Positions 29,887-42,843 of a stretch of 64,000 nucleotides of DNA are shown one piece after another (within the stretch, counting starts at the first letter, position 1; every line of letters begins with the position of its first letter). Under the pieces are notes generated by a model. It was not told where the DNA came from, ran no database searches, and saw only the letters and a program-made list of their open reading frames with translations. The translations under genes and the position numbers were made by a program. The DNA is taken from NCBI RefSeq assembly GCF_009914755.1, contig NC_060932.1, one strand, 5' to 3'. Source of the stretch: the human T2T-CHM13v2.0 reference genome, Homo sapiens.

Positions 29887-30112
29887 CAGTGGTTCTCAAC
29901 TAGGGGTGATTTTGACCCCCCAGCCAGGGCACATTTGGCCATGCCTGGAGACACTTGGTCGTCACAACTACTGCTGATATAATAATGGGGAGCACTATTG
30001 CCATCTAGTGGGGAGAAGCCAGGGATGCTGTTAAACATCCTGCAATGCACAGGAAATTCCCAACAAAGAATTATCTGTCACAAATATCAATAGTGCTGAG
30101 GTTGAAAAACTG
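29887..30112 (+). mobile_element. MER20 hAT-Charlie MITE
   Basis: TIRs cagtggttctcaac ... gttgaaaaactg; typical internal ggggtgattttg, ccatctagtggg, agggatgctg. Confidence 0.85.
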
Positions 30113-31094
30113 AATGGTAAGCTTTTGGGCCTGAAACTACCATGTTCAACTTGTATATACAGGATCTAGCACAGTATCTGGAATGTCACAAGCACTAAAA
30201 GTATTATTACAATGTTGAAAGAAGGAAGGAAGTAATAAAACATTCAATCTTCTGATTAACAAAATGTGTCTAACCTCAGCTGAGAAAGGGACTGCTGTAT
30301 AGTGGAAAGAGTGTGGACTTTGAAGTAAGAGAACTGAGTTCCAATCTCTGCTCTGTAGTTTATATTTCACTTAGGAAAGCCATTAACTCAGATTCAATTT
30401 CATCTGTAAAATGAAGCTAATATTTATTCATTCAACAAAAATGTGTTCCACACCTAGTAAATCCCAGGCTCAAGGTAACTTGTTAACATACATTGGTGAT
30501 TAAAACCAATGTGGTTTTCTGTCTCTAGTGAGCTTATGATAAAGTCGAGAAGACTTCTGTCTCTAATGAACTTATGATAAAGTCAAGAAGACATATAATA
30601 AGTAAACAGACACATTCATTGCTAGAAATCTGACAAGGAGACCAAGAGAATGCAGTAATGAAGAATGGGAGGTTGACAGGTAGGGTGGCTCAGGAAGGCA
30701 TCTTGAGTAGATGGGAAGATGAATTAGGAAACCAGTTTCAGTAATCAAGGATTAAGATGATGGTGGTCCGGAGACAGAAGCTGAGATCTGAAAGGCAAGA
30801 AGCTGGATTTCAAAGAAAGGAGGCAAGAGCTCTCCAGGCGGAAGCACTGCATGTGGGTGCGAGGGGCATGAGGACTGGACTGTGGCACCAAAGGGAGGGC
30901 ATGTGGCCAAAACATTCTAAGTGAGAGGCAGAGTGGCACCAGATGAGATCAGAGTCCAGATAAGTCAGAGACTTTAGAAATGAAATACTATTTAAACAGA
31001 AATAGAAAATAGGAGTTTCAATTGTATTCTAAGTGTACGTGGGGCCCACAAAGATTTTTGAGGAGAAAGTATTTGAAGTTTGCATTTTAAAAAA

Positions 31095-31952
31095 CACATA
31101 CCTGTTCATTGCAGCATTATTCACAACAGCCAAAAGGTGGAAGCAACCCAAATGTTGTCCATCAGTGGATAAGTAGATTAAAAAATGAATGGACATACAA
31201 CGGGATACCATTTGGTATTAAAATGGAAAGAAATCCTGATACATGTTGCAACATGAATAAACCTTGAGGACATTATGCTAAATGAAATAAGCCCTTCAGA
31301 AAAAGACAAATACTATATGATTCCACTTATATGGGATATCAAGTGTGGTCAAGCTCATACAAACAGAAAGTAGAATGGTGGTTTCCAGGGCCTGGGAGCA
31401 TGGAACAGGGGAGCGTTGTTTAATAGAAATGAAGTTTTAGTTCTGCAAAGTAAAATGTTCTGAAGATTGGTTTCATAATCATTGTGAATACACCAAATAC
31501 TATAGACCTGTACTTTTTTTTTTTTTTTAAACAGGGTCTACACTCTGTCATCCAGGCTGGAATGCAATGGTGTCATCTTGGCTCACTGCAACCTCTGCTC
31601 CTGGGTTCAAGCGATTCTCCTCAGCCTCCCGAGTTACTGGAATTACAGGTGCTCATCACCACACCTGGCTAATTTTTGTATTTTTAGTAGAAACAGTGTT
31701 TTGCCATGCTGGCCAGATTAGTTTCAAACAAGCCTGGCTAATTTTTGTATTTTTAGTAGAAACAGGGTTTTGCCATGTTGGCCAGATTAGTTTCAAACTC
31801 TTGAGCTCAGGTGATACGCCCGCCTCGGCCTCCCAAAGTGCTGGGATTAGAGGCGTGAGCTGTTGCCCCTGGCCGAGATCTGTACTCTTAAAAATGGTTA
31901 AGATAGCAACATTTTATGTTATGTGTATCTGACTACAATTTTAAAAAAATTT
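31095..31952 (+). mobile_element. L1M 3' fragment interrupted by an Alu
   Basis: gttcattgcagcattattcacaacagccaaaaggtggaagcaacccaaatg...aaaatggttaagatagc; A-rich end. Confidence 0.85.
31514..31874 (-). mobile_element. Alu with internal ~69-bp tandem duplication, nested in an L1
   Basis: Reverse Alu; TSD aga[c/t]ctgtac; duplicated block 31664-31729 / 31733-31798. Confidence 0.92.
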
Positions 31953-32476
31953 AAAAAGAACACAATGGGCTTTTTGGTGGAGAAGGGATCCATGGGAAGC
32001 AAAAACAACAAAGAGAGACTGAAAAGGAAGCCACTGAAGATATCCAGGCAAAAGATGCTACTGCTGTGGAGTAGGGTGATTGATTGCAGTGGGTAGAGTA
32101 AGAAGACTAGAACTTTGACATCAATTTTCAACTAGTACACCAATATTCCCTGATGGGTTCTAGATGGGCTGTGAGGAAAAAGATTGATAAATAACCACCC
32201 CTGGTTTCTCGTTGCACAGATAAGTTGTGCAATCACATAGGTACCCGTATTATAACCATCATTATAAGCTATTTTTTTTGGAGTTGGGCAAGACTTCGAA
32301 CAAGCAAGTGTGGAGAAAAAATCAAAAGTGGAGTTTGGGACATGTTACTTTTAGGAAGACTGAGAGGCATCGTGTCAAGTAAGAAGTTGGGGACTGTGTC
32401 TTTTTTATTCATTGCTATATTCCCAGACTCTATAATGGTTTCTGGTACACAGGAGTGTCTTAATAAATATTCATTG

Positions 32477-32625
32477 AATGGTAGATGAATGGATGGATAA
32501 GTGAATGGATGATAGAGAGATGAATGGATGGATAAATAAATGGATGATAGATGAATGGATGGATGAAGATGGGTGCATGGATGATAGATGGATGGATAAT
32601 GGATATATGGATGACGGATGAATGG
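32477..32625. repeat. Degenerate (GGAT)n repeat
   Basis: Read directly. Confidence 0.9.
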
Positions 32626-33170
32626 AAGCAGTGTGACTAGAGTCAAAAAAGAGAGATTTCGAAGAAAGGGTTAATCTGTCTTGTGCCATTTTGATATGAG
32701 TGCTCAGTACAATGGTGCAGACTGAGTGCCCAGCACAGAACAGCCAATCCCATTTATAGGAGTCAAGGCCTTCTCTCCTTCATTCTTTCATCCTTTAATC
32801 TTTTCATGTGGAAAGGGTGGGGACTAACAAAAGATCTGCAGTTCCCTTTAAGAGTACTTTTAGAGGCTTCCTAACACATGGTCTATCCTGAGAGAGACAG
32901 AGAAAGCAGACAGGTAATAAACACCTGTCACCTTCCATATGCCAAATTTTTGAGGCTTTGGTGTCCTATTTTTCTCTCTAAGAAAAGACTATAAATGAAA
33001 GTTGCTGTCTGTGCTTATTTCTTAAGATATTTTATTCTTTAAAATAAAATGGGAAATGCTAACTGGAGATGAGATGATAATGAACGTGAAGTGGCCAAAA
33101 GAAAGGGGGTCTGGAACTTGACGGGCCTTCCTTAAATGGTATAAACATTGAAGAAGACGATGGTAATTTC

Positions 33171-33368
33171 TTTTTCCTTTTTTTTTGGAGACAGAGTCTT
33201 GCTCTGTCGCCCAGGCTAGCTCTTGGCTCACTGCAACCTCCGCCTCCTAGGTTCAAGCGATTCTACTGCCTCAGCCTCCCGAGTAGCTGGGATTACAGGC
33301 ACACACCACTACACCCAGCTAATTTTTTGTATTTTAGTAGAGACGGGGTTTCACCGTGTTGCCAAGGC
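33171..33368 (-). mobile_element. 5'-truncated Alu
   Basis: Right arm plus part of the left arm; TSD tgg[t/c]aatttctt. Confidence 0.9.
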
Positions 33369-33438
33369 TGGCAATTTCTTTACAGCTTTCACACTGTTCG
33401 TGGTAGAGCTGGGAGAACCAAATAACTCCTATCCTTTG

Positions 33439-33942
33439 TGTGATGGTTAATTTTATGTGTCAACTTGACTGAGCCAAGGGATCCTCAGACAGCTGATAAA
33501 ACTTCATTTCTGGATGTGTCTGTGAGGGTGGAAGAGATTAGCAGTTGAATCAGTAGACTGAGAAAAGATCAGCCTTCACCAATGTGGATGGACGTCATCT
33601 AATCCTTTGAGGGCCCAAATAAATCAAAAGGAGGGAAAAGGGTGAATTCACTCTCTTTGTTTGAGCTGGGACATTCATATTCTCTTGCCCTTGGAGATTG
33701 GAGCTCCTGGTTCTCAGGCCTTTGAACTCCAGGACTTACACCATTTGAGCTCATGGTTCTCAGGCCTTTGGACTTGGACTGAATTAAACTGCTGGCTTTC
33801 CTGGTGTTCCAGCTTGCGGACAGCAGATTGTGAGTTTTCTCAGCCTCTGTAATTATGTGAGCCAATTCCTATAATAAATCTCCTGTTATAAACCTCGCTA
33901 TATTCCATTGGTTCTGTTTTACTGGAGAATTCTGACCATACA
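33439..33942 (+). mobile_element. ERVL solo LTR (MLT2 family)
   Basis: tgtgatggttaattttatgtgtcaacttgact...ctggagaattctgaccataca; TSD cttt[g/a]. Confidence 0.88.
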
Positions 33943-34093
33943 CTTTATTTCTCTACAGAGGAATTTATTATTTTGTAGCTAGAAACAAAGATTTGCTGTT
34001 CATGTAGGTTTTCTGTGCGTTTTTCTTGGGACATGGTTGTGCTTCTTAGCTGATCTAACCAATTGACATTTCTAGAGATTTTTCATATAGAAT

Positions 34094-34412
34094 TGATAGA
34101 TGCAGGAGGCAGATGAGGGGGAAGGTCCCAGGGAATCTCTAACAGGCCTGTGCACTGGGAGGACAGGGTGGGGCCGCAAAAAGTTCCTGCTGCTTGCAGC
34201 GGGGAGGAGCCTGGCCTCTCCTGTTCCTGGGTGGGGACTTGGGATGCTATCTGTGAGATGGCGGCCTGTTAATAGGAACGCTTCTCGCTTTGCTGAGTGG
34301 TTTTTCCTTTTTCCTTTTGCCCACTAAGTTCCATAACCCCTCTCCCTTCAAAGTGTCTGCATGCCTAATCTTTCCTGGTCATGTGACAAGAACCCGGTTT
34401 CTTCCTACAACA
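34094..34412 (+). repeat. 5' LTR (MER61-like)
   Basis: tgatagatgcaggagg...ttcctacaaca; homologous to 39469-39782. Confidence 0.88.
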
Positions 34413-37400
34413 TTTTTTTGGTGCCCAGAACATGGGATCTGAGGAAAGGAGGGTGGAATGGGGACCCAAAACCTTTAACTTTTGCTTCTGAGCCTTTTGG
34501 TTCTATGGCATTTATCTTCTTTGTTTTGGAACAGTAATGACAACTATCTTTCCTTTTACAATACAATACTGGAGGTGGTCCACACCCACCCCAAGGGCCA
34601 CAGACACGCGCGCAGGACAGTTGGGCCAGGCAGCTGCCTGTCCCTGCTTCCCTACCGACTGGAGTGCATGGCTATAGTGTGTGCCTCATGTGTGTGCAGT
34701 GTCCAACGGCCATGCAGGGTAAGTATGAGCCACAACTGCTGCCTGGGCCCCAAGCAACTGGCTGGCATTCCCTGCCACGTGTCCACAGAGTTCCCCCCTC
34801 CCCCAGCCAGAGAGTCCAGCTCTGTCCCACAATAGTTTAGCTTCTCTCCCTGGTGCAGAAACCATTTGCCATAAGAATAAGAGGTTCTTCCCCCAGTCAT
34901 CCTTTTCTCTTCTCCACCCTGTCAGCAGTTAACACAGCCCTGGATTTAACCTCCTTTTCTCTACCCTGTCAGCAGACGACTTTTAAACAAAGCTTTTTTT
35001 TTTTTCCTTTTGGAAGACATTTTGTTGGGCTGGGAATGATGGGGATCACTGTATTTTTGGTACAGTTTTAAATGTGAGAAAGTATTTGTGAGGTTAGTCT
35101 TAAGCTGTAGCCATTCTGGTGTGCTTTGCACGTCTTTCTGTATGGCTGGTAGCAAACTTTGCTGCAGGCCTCCATCTTGATTTACATCCTTGAGGGCGTG
35201 GCCTGTAACCTCGTGGCAGGGCTTTGTTTAGCCTTTGGGTGGCCTAGATTCAATCCTGGCCTAGGGAATTAGTCCTTTCTGGTTTGATATGTGAGCTTTT
35301 GTGGTTTGTTGATTCCCTTACCCTCCACGAACCACCTTGGATTTTCCTTTCTCTGAGCCTTTAGTAAAGTTTGAAAGCCAGAAACATTGGCTGCTTGGTA
35401 TGGCTAAAGTTGGCTAATAAGGGAATTAAAAGGATTTTCTTAAGGAGTGCTCACCTTAATTAAAAGTGGATTATCCAAGTTATAGTTATATTTACAAGGA
35501 CTTTATGTTTTCCTTTTCTTGGACCTTGTTTTGCTGGGAAAAGGTTTTTTTTTGGTTGACTGAAATATTTTTCTCCATTTTTGCCTTGCCACTTTTAATG
35601 CACATATGAGAGGGGAGAGACCTCTGTTTTCTTCATGGAACCCCAGGAATTAATAGTACCTGGAGGTCAATAATCCAAATAGGAGATTGGCAAACAAAAG
35701 ATCTTATGGGGACTGGGTTTTCTTCTGCCTGTCTGTGTAGTTATATATGTGTTGTGTGTGTGTGATGTCTGTAAAAAGATCTTTAATTAATTGGCCTAAA
35801 AGAAGGTAAGTGCTTGGATCAAATATTTTTTAAAGGGAAGATAAAAGCTGTGGTAATTTCACGTGGCTTTAATCGTTGAAAAATAAAAACATTGTTGGTT
35901 ATAAAAAATAATTATTGGTAAGAAGCAGATGTCATCAAAATATAAATAGGTGGACTAAATTATGCAGGTCAGATCCTAGGTTGGCTAAATGTTTTAAGGT
36001 TATAGGCTGCTTTTTTGGCTTTTGAGAACTTTTCAATTTGCCAGCTTCACAACTGGTAAGGCCTGGGGACATGTGGAACTAACCACACCCTTAATTATGC
36101 TGGAAGGAGTCAAACCTTGGCTGCATCTAGCACATAATCAAAACAAATTACCAGGTTCTACATTAAAAAATTGCTAACTGTTACCATTATGACATGTAAT
36201 TGAGACTACTGGAAATAGATTTATGTGCAAGGCGTGTAAGAACAGTAAAATGTGTTTTTAATAAAAGGTTAGAAAAAGGCATAAAAATATAAATTCTTGC
36301 CTAAGGCTAAATAATTGTTTTAAATTAGATATAATAAAGCTAAAAGTTTAAACAAATAGTGGAAGGATTGTAAAAATTAATCTTACAAAATTCCATGTGT
36401 GAATATATTGATTAAATACAAAAGGGTATTATATGGTTTTTCTGTAAATTGAGCATTAAAATAAAAGCACAACAAGGTATTCTCAAGGCATTAATCTTCT
36501 CTTTAGCAAAATTTGTAAAGGGTTATAAAAGGTTTTTGCTTTTTTAAAATTTCTGAGTCATCATTTTGGCAAAATAATTTATGGTAGTATGTAATTCTAT
36601 TTCATAATGTCAAGTGTTTTAAGCCTCTAACATATTTAACAGGCTTGCCCAAATCAAACTTCAGTTTCAAAACTGTGTTTCCTGATATCTGGATTTTTGG
36701 ATGTTTCAGAGGGCCTCTGGAGTATCCAGAAAAGAGAAGTAAATAGGATTATTTGACATGTTTACGTACATGGGATTGCTACAGTGGTATACAATCTTCT
36801 TTAGGCTATATTTTGGTGAATAACATCAATATATGTTCCAGAATTGTATGGGATTTCTAAAATTCTAATGTCTAAGTATATGCTATCATAATTAAGGTTA
36901 TGTTAAGTTATTGGATACCATGAGATAATCAAACTTCGTTGTCAATTGTGTTTCTAACTCTAACGACCCTGGACATTTGATAATTGTTGTCTTGTTTTAA
37001 TCTCTTTCAAAAGACGGTTTATAATAAGCTACAGAACTTTGGCAGACACTCTCAAATACAGGTTTCTGATAACTTTGGAGATTGTGCCATTGGAATAAAG
37101 AAAAAATGTACAGGACTCATGAAGAGCTAAAATGTTCATGAATATCAAGCAAAACAAGAGCTAACCAAATGAACTCACAGAAAACCAAAGCAATCTTTTT
37201 TACTTTTGCTTGGAATATTGCTGGGTTTTGTTTTGTTTTTCAGAGTCAAGGAAACTTATTTTGAACTATTTACAGCCTTTAACAACTGAGTAAGGTATAC
37301 TCTGTGAACAAAATTTGGAGCATGTTTCTTTCTGTCTGCCTGCTTGTCCTAGAATTTGGAAACTAGTTGTGAGTATTCTCTTCTCATGGCAATACAATTG

Positions 37401-39097
37401 TTTGCATCACTGCAATAAGAATCCATTTTCTTTTGCAACAGGAAACAATTGTAGAAACTGGTTGTTTTACCAAGGCTTTGACTGGAAGGGTATTCTTCTC
37501 TTTAAGGAGTCAAGCTTGACTTGCAGAGCCAATACAAGCCCCTTGGAAAAAAACTGGCCTCATACCTTTGCCTACACAGTCCCTGTACAGGGTTCCTGAC
37601 CTGTGGTCAGTAAAAAATGTCATTTTCTAACAGACCCAGGAGTTCCAAGTTTATCTTGGGACCTTAAGAGGAGAGGATCACCCAACTCACAAGTATTTGA
37701 GGATACAAACCCATGGCTGGGCTCTGCTTTAAAAGGTCTTATCTGAGATTCCTTGTGGGACAGAGTTCCCTCAAAGCCAATCTAAAAGGCCTATGTAGAC
37801 ATAATTATTCTAGCTGCACTTTATGCAAATAATCAGGCCAAGTATAAGACTAAAATGTATTTTGCAAACAACTCTATCCCATCATGATTTTTTTAAACAA
37901 AAATGAGTATTGGAGAGAGAGGAATTATGTTTCAAAACCTGTTATAAGTTTGTCATTAAATTCTCAACTCATTAGTTGTTTTTAAGTTTTTGCCTACATT
38001 TTAGACTAACCCTGATTGTTCCTGTGAACCAACCAGCAATCTCTGGCTGCAGCTCAGAAGAAACAAGAGGGATGGGTAATGTAAAAATCTGGATCAACAT
38101 TCTAGTTCTGAGCCATTATCTTGCAAATCCCGCCAGATGACAGGAATAAATAGAGTGCCCCTAACCCAGAGGTTTCCTTTTTGGGAAAGTAAGACCAAGA
38201 GAGAAAACCAAAGCCAAGCACATGCATCCAAAGAGATCCTTTTCTCTCCCTGTATGTGTCATAAGACATCCTTTTCTCTCCCTTGTTAGAGAAGGACTCA
38301 ATTCCACAGCTTCACTTTAGTATTCAGCTTATGATAAGGAGTCCATGCAACCCCCCAAGACACATTTTTGTTCCAAACTCAATTCCAAGCTTTGGGTCAA
38401 AGCCCTAGGAAAGAAAACTGGATCTGAGGGATCCAGAGGCAGATGATAACAGCAGTTAAAAGGCACAGCACAGGTAAGCATGACTGATTCCTGCTGATTA
38501 AGCCAAGCTTCCCATTTCATGGATAAAAACACCCTCTTATATCACACTAGTATTCATGGCATAAATGAGGTCTAGGTAATTCAAGGCTATTGACAGCAGG
38601 AGAAAGAGGGCATATGTGGGTAATAGTGGATACTCCTACCCCGCAAGCCCCCCCCCATTAACATGGGTGAAAGCCTCTTTAACACCCATGGGTGGCACCC
38701 TTCATGGTCACCAGGACTCAGAGATAGAAGGAGGAAGGAGAGAAAAAGGAATGCCTCATTTTCCCTCCCTCATGTACCCTAGGTATTTGCTAGGAAGAGA
38801 AAGGAGCCAGGGACACCTATTCCCCTCTTTCTAGATGAGTAGCCATTCATCTTCAGTCTGTACCCCTTTCAAATGCATCCTGAACCCCTGGGACGCCTTT
38901 GAAAAAAATGCCATTTTTTTTCCTTTTTCCTCCTGTCCTCTCTTCATTGATAGGTAATTGTGTCTCTGTATTATGGGACACTCCCTTCAGATGGATCCTC
39001 CAAACTGGGAAAAGTTAATGTCCCAAACCTTAAGCTGGTTGGCTTAGGACTAGGCTCAGCGGAAGGGAACCCAGAAGCCTGATGTACCATCAAAAGG

Positions 39098-39128
<31 letters not shown>

Positions 39129-39468
39129 AACCAATCAGGCTTTTTGCCCCCTTCTCCCCATACAAACTGGTAAAAGCCCCTGGGATTTTTGAGCTGTCCT
39201 TACCACACACTCTTATTTCATATTTATACGTGTTTTCTAATAACTCAGTTTGTCTCTTCTTCAGGCCATGAAACTCCAGTCATGCAACTGGAGCCTTGGG
39301 CAATGGCCCCTTCTCGTGGGAACCCTTGGATAGGCCCCTGAGGGCAATTTGACTGCCGTTTTCCCAAAACAGCACCCCCTGTCAACAGGAAGCAGTTAAG
39401 ATCTGTCCTCATCCTTATCCTTATCCTTATTCTAATGGCAGTTAGATGTACTTCTTTAGAGGAGGGAA

Positions 39469-39782
39469 TGATAGATGCAGGAGGCTGGTAAGGTCCCTGG
39501 AGAATCCCCAACCAGCCTGTGCAATGGGATGATGGGGTGGGGCTGCAGGAAGTTTGTGCCGCTTGCAGGGAGGAGGAGCCTGGCCTCTCCTGTTCCTAGG
39601 TGGTGACCTGGGATTCCAACTGAGAGATGGAAACCTGTTAACGGGAACCCCTCTCACTTTGCTGTGTTGTTTTTCTTTTTTCCTTTTCACCCAATATATT
39701 TTGTAACCTCTCACTCTTCAAAGTGCCTGCATGCCTAATCTTTCCTGGTCATGTGAGAAGAACTCATTTTTTTCCTACAACA
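39469..39782 (+). repeat. 3' LTR (MER61-like)
   Basis: tgatagatgcaggagg...ttcctacaaca, preceded by the PPT and followed by the TSD. Confidence 0.88.
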
Positions 39783-41096
39783 GAATCAGGTGATTGGAGA
39801 AAAGATCACAGGCCTAGGCACCCAAGGCTTGAAGGATGAAAGAATGAAAGATGGACGGAACAAAATTAGGACCTTAATTCTTTGTTCAGTTCAGTGTAAA
39901 TCTACTTAGCCCTTGAGAGGACAAAAGAAAGGTCTTCAGTGGATTCTTCCCTGTTCTCTCGTTTCTGGTAGAGCTTAAGAGTTTCCTTCCTTTGTGCCTG
40001 TTTCACCTGCCCCTGTGTCTCTAACATCTCCCTGCCAGCACCCCCGACACTACATTGTTCTTTTCAGCTGACACATCTGCTCCTCCCATCAGATTGTGAG
40101 GGCCTTTCCCGTTAGGATATGAGTTACAATTCCCTGAGAATCTTCAGGGCTGACAAAAAGCAGAGCTCTTAATGCTCAGTGTTTAGGTTAGGGAAGGCAG
40201 AGGATAAAATGAAGAAAGGATGGATGGAAGCAAGGAGAAAAGTGTTGCAAAGCCAGGATTCAAATCTAGGTTGATCTGACTCCTAAACTAGCTCTACACC
40301 ATATGGAAATAACCCCGGGCCAAGAAAACCTGGAAATATGGTTGCAAATCAGGATAACAATGATAATAAAAGCAAACCATTAAATAATACTTACCATGGG
40401 CCAGACTCTATTCTAAGCATGCAATCCTTACCACAGCCCTAGGAGATAGGTACCCTTATTATAACCATCATATAGATGAGGAAACTGAAGCACAGTGAAG
40501 TCTGTAATGTGCCCAGAATCACATAGCCAACATTATTAAAAGTAATCTGTAACGTGCAACGTCTAACGTGGCAAAACAACATGGTTCCAATTCTACTATT
40601 GTGGCTGGAAACTTATAGCACAAAGGACCTGAAGCGGCTTGGAAATCACCTAGCTCAATCTCTGCCTTCTAGAGATAAGGGACCTTGGGCTCAGGTGGCA
40701 GGTGATTCCCAAAGGACTGGCTACTCTGGGGAAGGGGAAGGACAGATAAAGCAAGGAGGAAGCAGGATTGTGATTGGACTGACCACTGGATTGGAAGGAA
40801 CAGCATCATTATTTTGAAATAACTCTGATGTGTTAATTGGGTTCTCTCAGTTAAACAGGTTTGCAAAATTAGTTCTGCTGAACTCGAAGGCCTGTTTGGT
40901 TCCCTCTAATCCAGTGAGTCTGAGGATCTATGAGGATGATTCCAGGACATTTGCAGCTGGTACTCCAATGACACTGATGTGAATGTGGAGAGCGACATAT
41001 TATTTTCTTCCGGTCTCATAAGAAATGTTTTCTCCATTTACCCAAATCTCTTGTCTGAATAATACACCAGTTGATCAGCACTGATCTCTAGTGAGC

Positions 41097-41158
41097 ACCT
41101 ATCATGTCTTGAAGAGAGCATTTACTACAGGCTGAGCTCTCTTCAAGACATGATAGGT
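41097..41158. repeat. Perfect 23-bp inverted repeat with 16-nt spacer
   Basis: acctatcatgtcttgaagagagc (41097-41119) / gctctcttcaagacatgataggt (41136-41158). Confidence 0.95.
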
Positions 41159-41600
41159 ATGATTCCAGCCAGCCCATGTGGTCAGCATTATTATGATTTC
41201 CACAGACAAGAACATGGAGACACAGAAAGTTTGCATAAGTTGCCAAGAGCACACAGCTAATTACAAGGAAAGCCAGGTTTTGAAGTCTAGTAGTCTGACT
41301 CTGGACTCTGTCCTCAGTCCCTACGGCTATGACTACCTCCTAACTCTACTACCTAGTTATTTTTATTCCCTGGTTAAAGAGAAGAAATGACCATAGATCT
41401 GGAGGGATCCAGGCAGACACAGGTTCAAATCTCAGCCCCTGTGTGAGTTGTTTCACCTTGCTAATCCCTAGTATCCCCAGTGGTGTAGGGGGATAATACA
41501 ATCTAAATCTTTCATAAATATCTATCTCAAAGTCATGTATCCTGGATCTGCTGAGACAGGTTCCCACCATATGCAACCTACCACACTTGTTTTTGGCAAA

Positions 41601-42062
41601 CACAGAGGGTTAAATTGTGTTGCCCCACACAAACATGTAGTATCGCTAACCCAATACTTGGGAACATGACTTTATTTTGAAATAGGGTCTTTGCTGATGG
41701 AATCAAGTAAAGATGAGGGCATATTGAATTAGGGTGGGCCTGTAATCCAATGACTGTTGCCTTTATAAGAGAAATGAGAGGGAGTTTGGGACACAGACAC
41801 ACTCAGAGGGAAGAAAGCCATGTAAAGTGGGAGGCAGAGATTGGAGGAATGGGTCGAAAAGCCCAAGGATCAGCATGAACTACCTGAAGCTAGGAAGAGG
41901 CAAGAAAGGACTCTGGTCTAGAGCCTTTGGAGGGAGCATGGGCAGGCAACATTTTGATTCCAGACTTCTAGCTTCCAGAACTGTGAGAGAATAAATTTCT
42001 GTTGTTCTAAGTCAACCCATTATGTGGCAATTTGTTATGGCTGCTGTAGAAATCTAATAGCA
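41601..42062 (+). mobile_element. MaLR solo LTR (MLT1B/C-like)
   Basis: gaaatagggtctttgctgatg...cagacttctagcttccagaactgtgagagaataaatttctgttg. Confidence 0.82.
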
Positions 42063-42548
42063 AATGAGGGCTTGGTGAATGTACTTAGTGGAAAGTTCTA
42101 TTTTCAGACTGATGAAGCCAAGTCAGGGAGCCGAGACACATTCTTGTGTGCTAAGGGATACCATGCTCATAGGTAGAGAGAAGGCCACATGAACCATAAG
42201 GAGGACCATCTTTTCCCTATTTTTGAAGTCATAAAAATGCAATGTCAATACTTTCAGAAGAATTTGGAAGAAGCTGATAGCTCTACTAGCTTCTCTACAT
42301 GGAAGGAGGTGAATTATCCAACTGGGTTATGGTGTGTGCAATAGCCATTCACCCATGTTCTTTGATTGGGAGAGTTCTGTATTAAATGTCAGTGTTCAGA
42401 TATGGTCTTTCTCTCTCTAGCTCTCAGTGCCCAGTGGCTGGCTGGGAGAGTGTCTGCTCTGTCCCTGTGCTGTTTCCAAGGACACACTTGGTGAGGAGTG
42501 TTGCCCCCAGAGCCAACCTTGCTTTACCCAGAAAATGTAACCTGTGTT

Positions 42549-42843
42549 ATATTTTATTTTATTTTATTTTTTTATTTTTATTAATTTCACTTTAAGTTAT
42601 GGGATACATGTGCAGAACGTGCAGGTTTGTTCCATAGGTATACATGTGCCATGGTGGTTTGCTGTACCTATCAACCCATCATCTACGTTTTAAGCCCCAC
42701 ATACATTAGGTATTTGCCCTAATGCTCTCCTGCCCCTTGCCCCCCATCCACCGACAGGCCCCGGTGTGTGATGTTCCCCTCCCTGTGTCCATGTGTTCTC
42801 ATTGTTCAACTCCCATTTATGAATGAGAACATGCGGTGTCTGA
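42549..42843 (-). mobile_element. 5'-truncated L1PA 3' end
   Basis: ctttaagttatgggatacatgtgcagaacgtgcaggtttg...; TSD taacctgtgtt (42538-42548 / 42844-42854). Confidence 0.9.

Larger units (their letters stand above)
34094..39782 (+). mobile_element. Complete non-autonomous ERV1 provirus (MER61-like LTRs with MER4-group internal region), antisense in intron 9
   Basis: Two homologous TG...CA LTRs; 4-bp TSD GAAT (34090-34093 / 39783-39786); PBS-like tggtgcccagaacatggga after the 5' LTR; PPT agaggagggaa (39458-39468); no long ORFs. Confidence 0.9.

Noticed and set aside
32269-32689. His/Pro/Ser/Ile-rich ORFs
   Set aside because: Translations of the (GGAT)n simple repeat
34094-34412. p53 response element in the MER61-like LTRs
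   Set aside because: Some MER61 subfamilies carry p53 sites, but I see only isolated CATG cores (ctgcatgcct, ggtcatgtga) and no tandem RRRCWWGYYY
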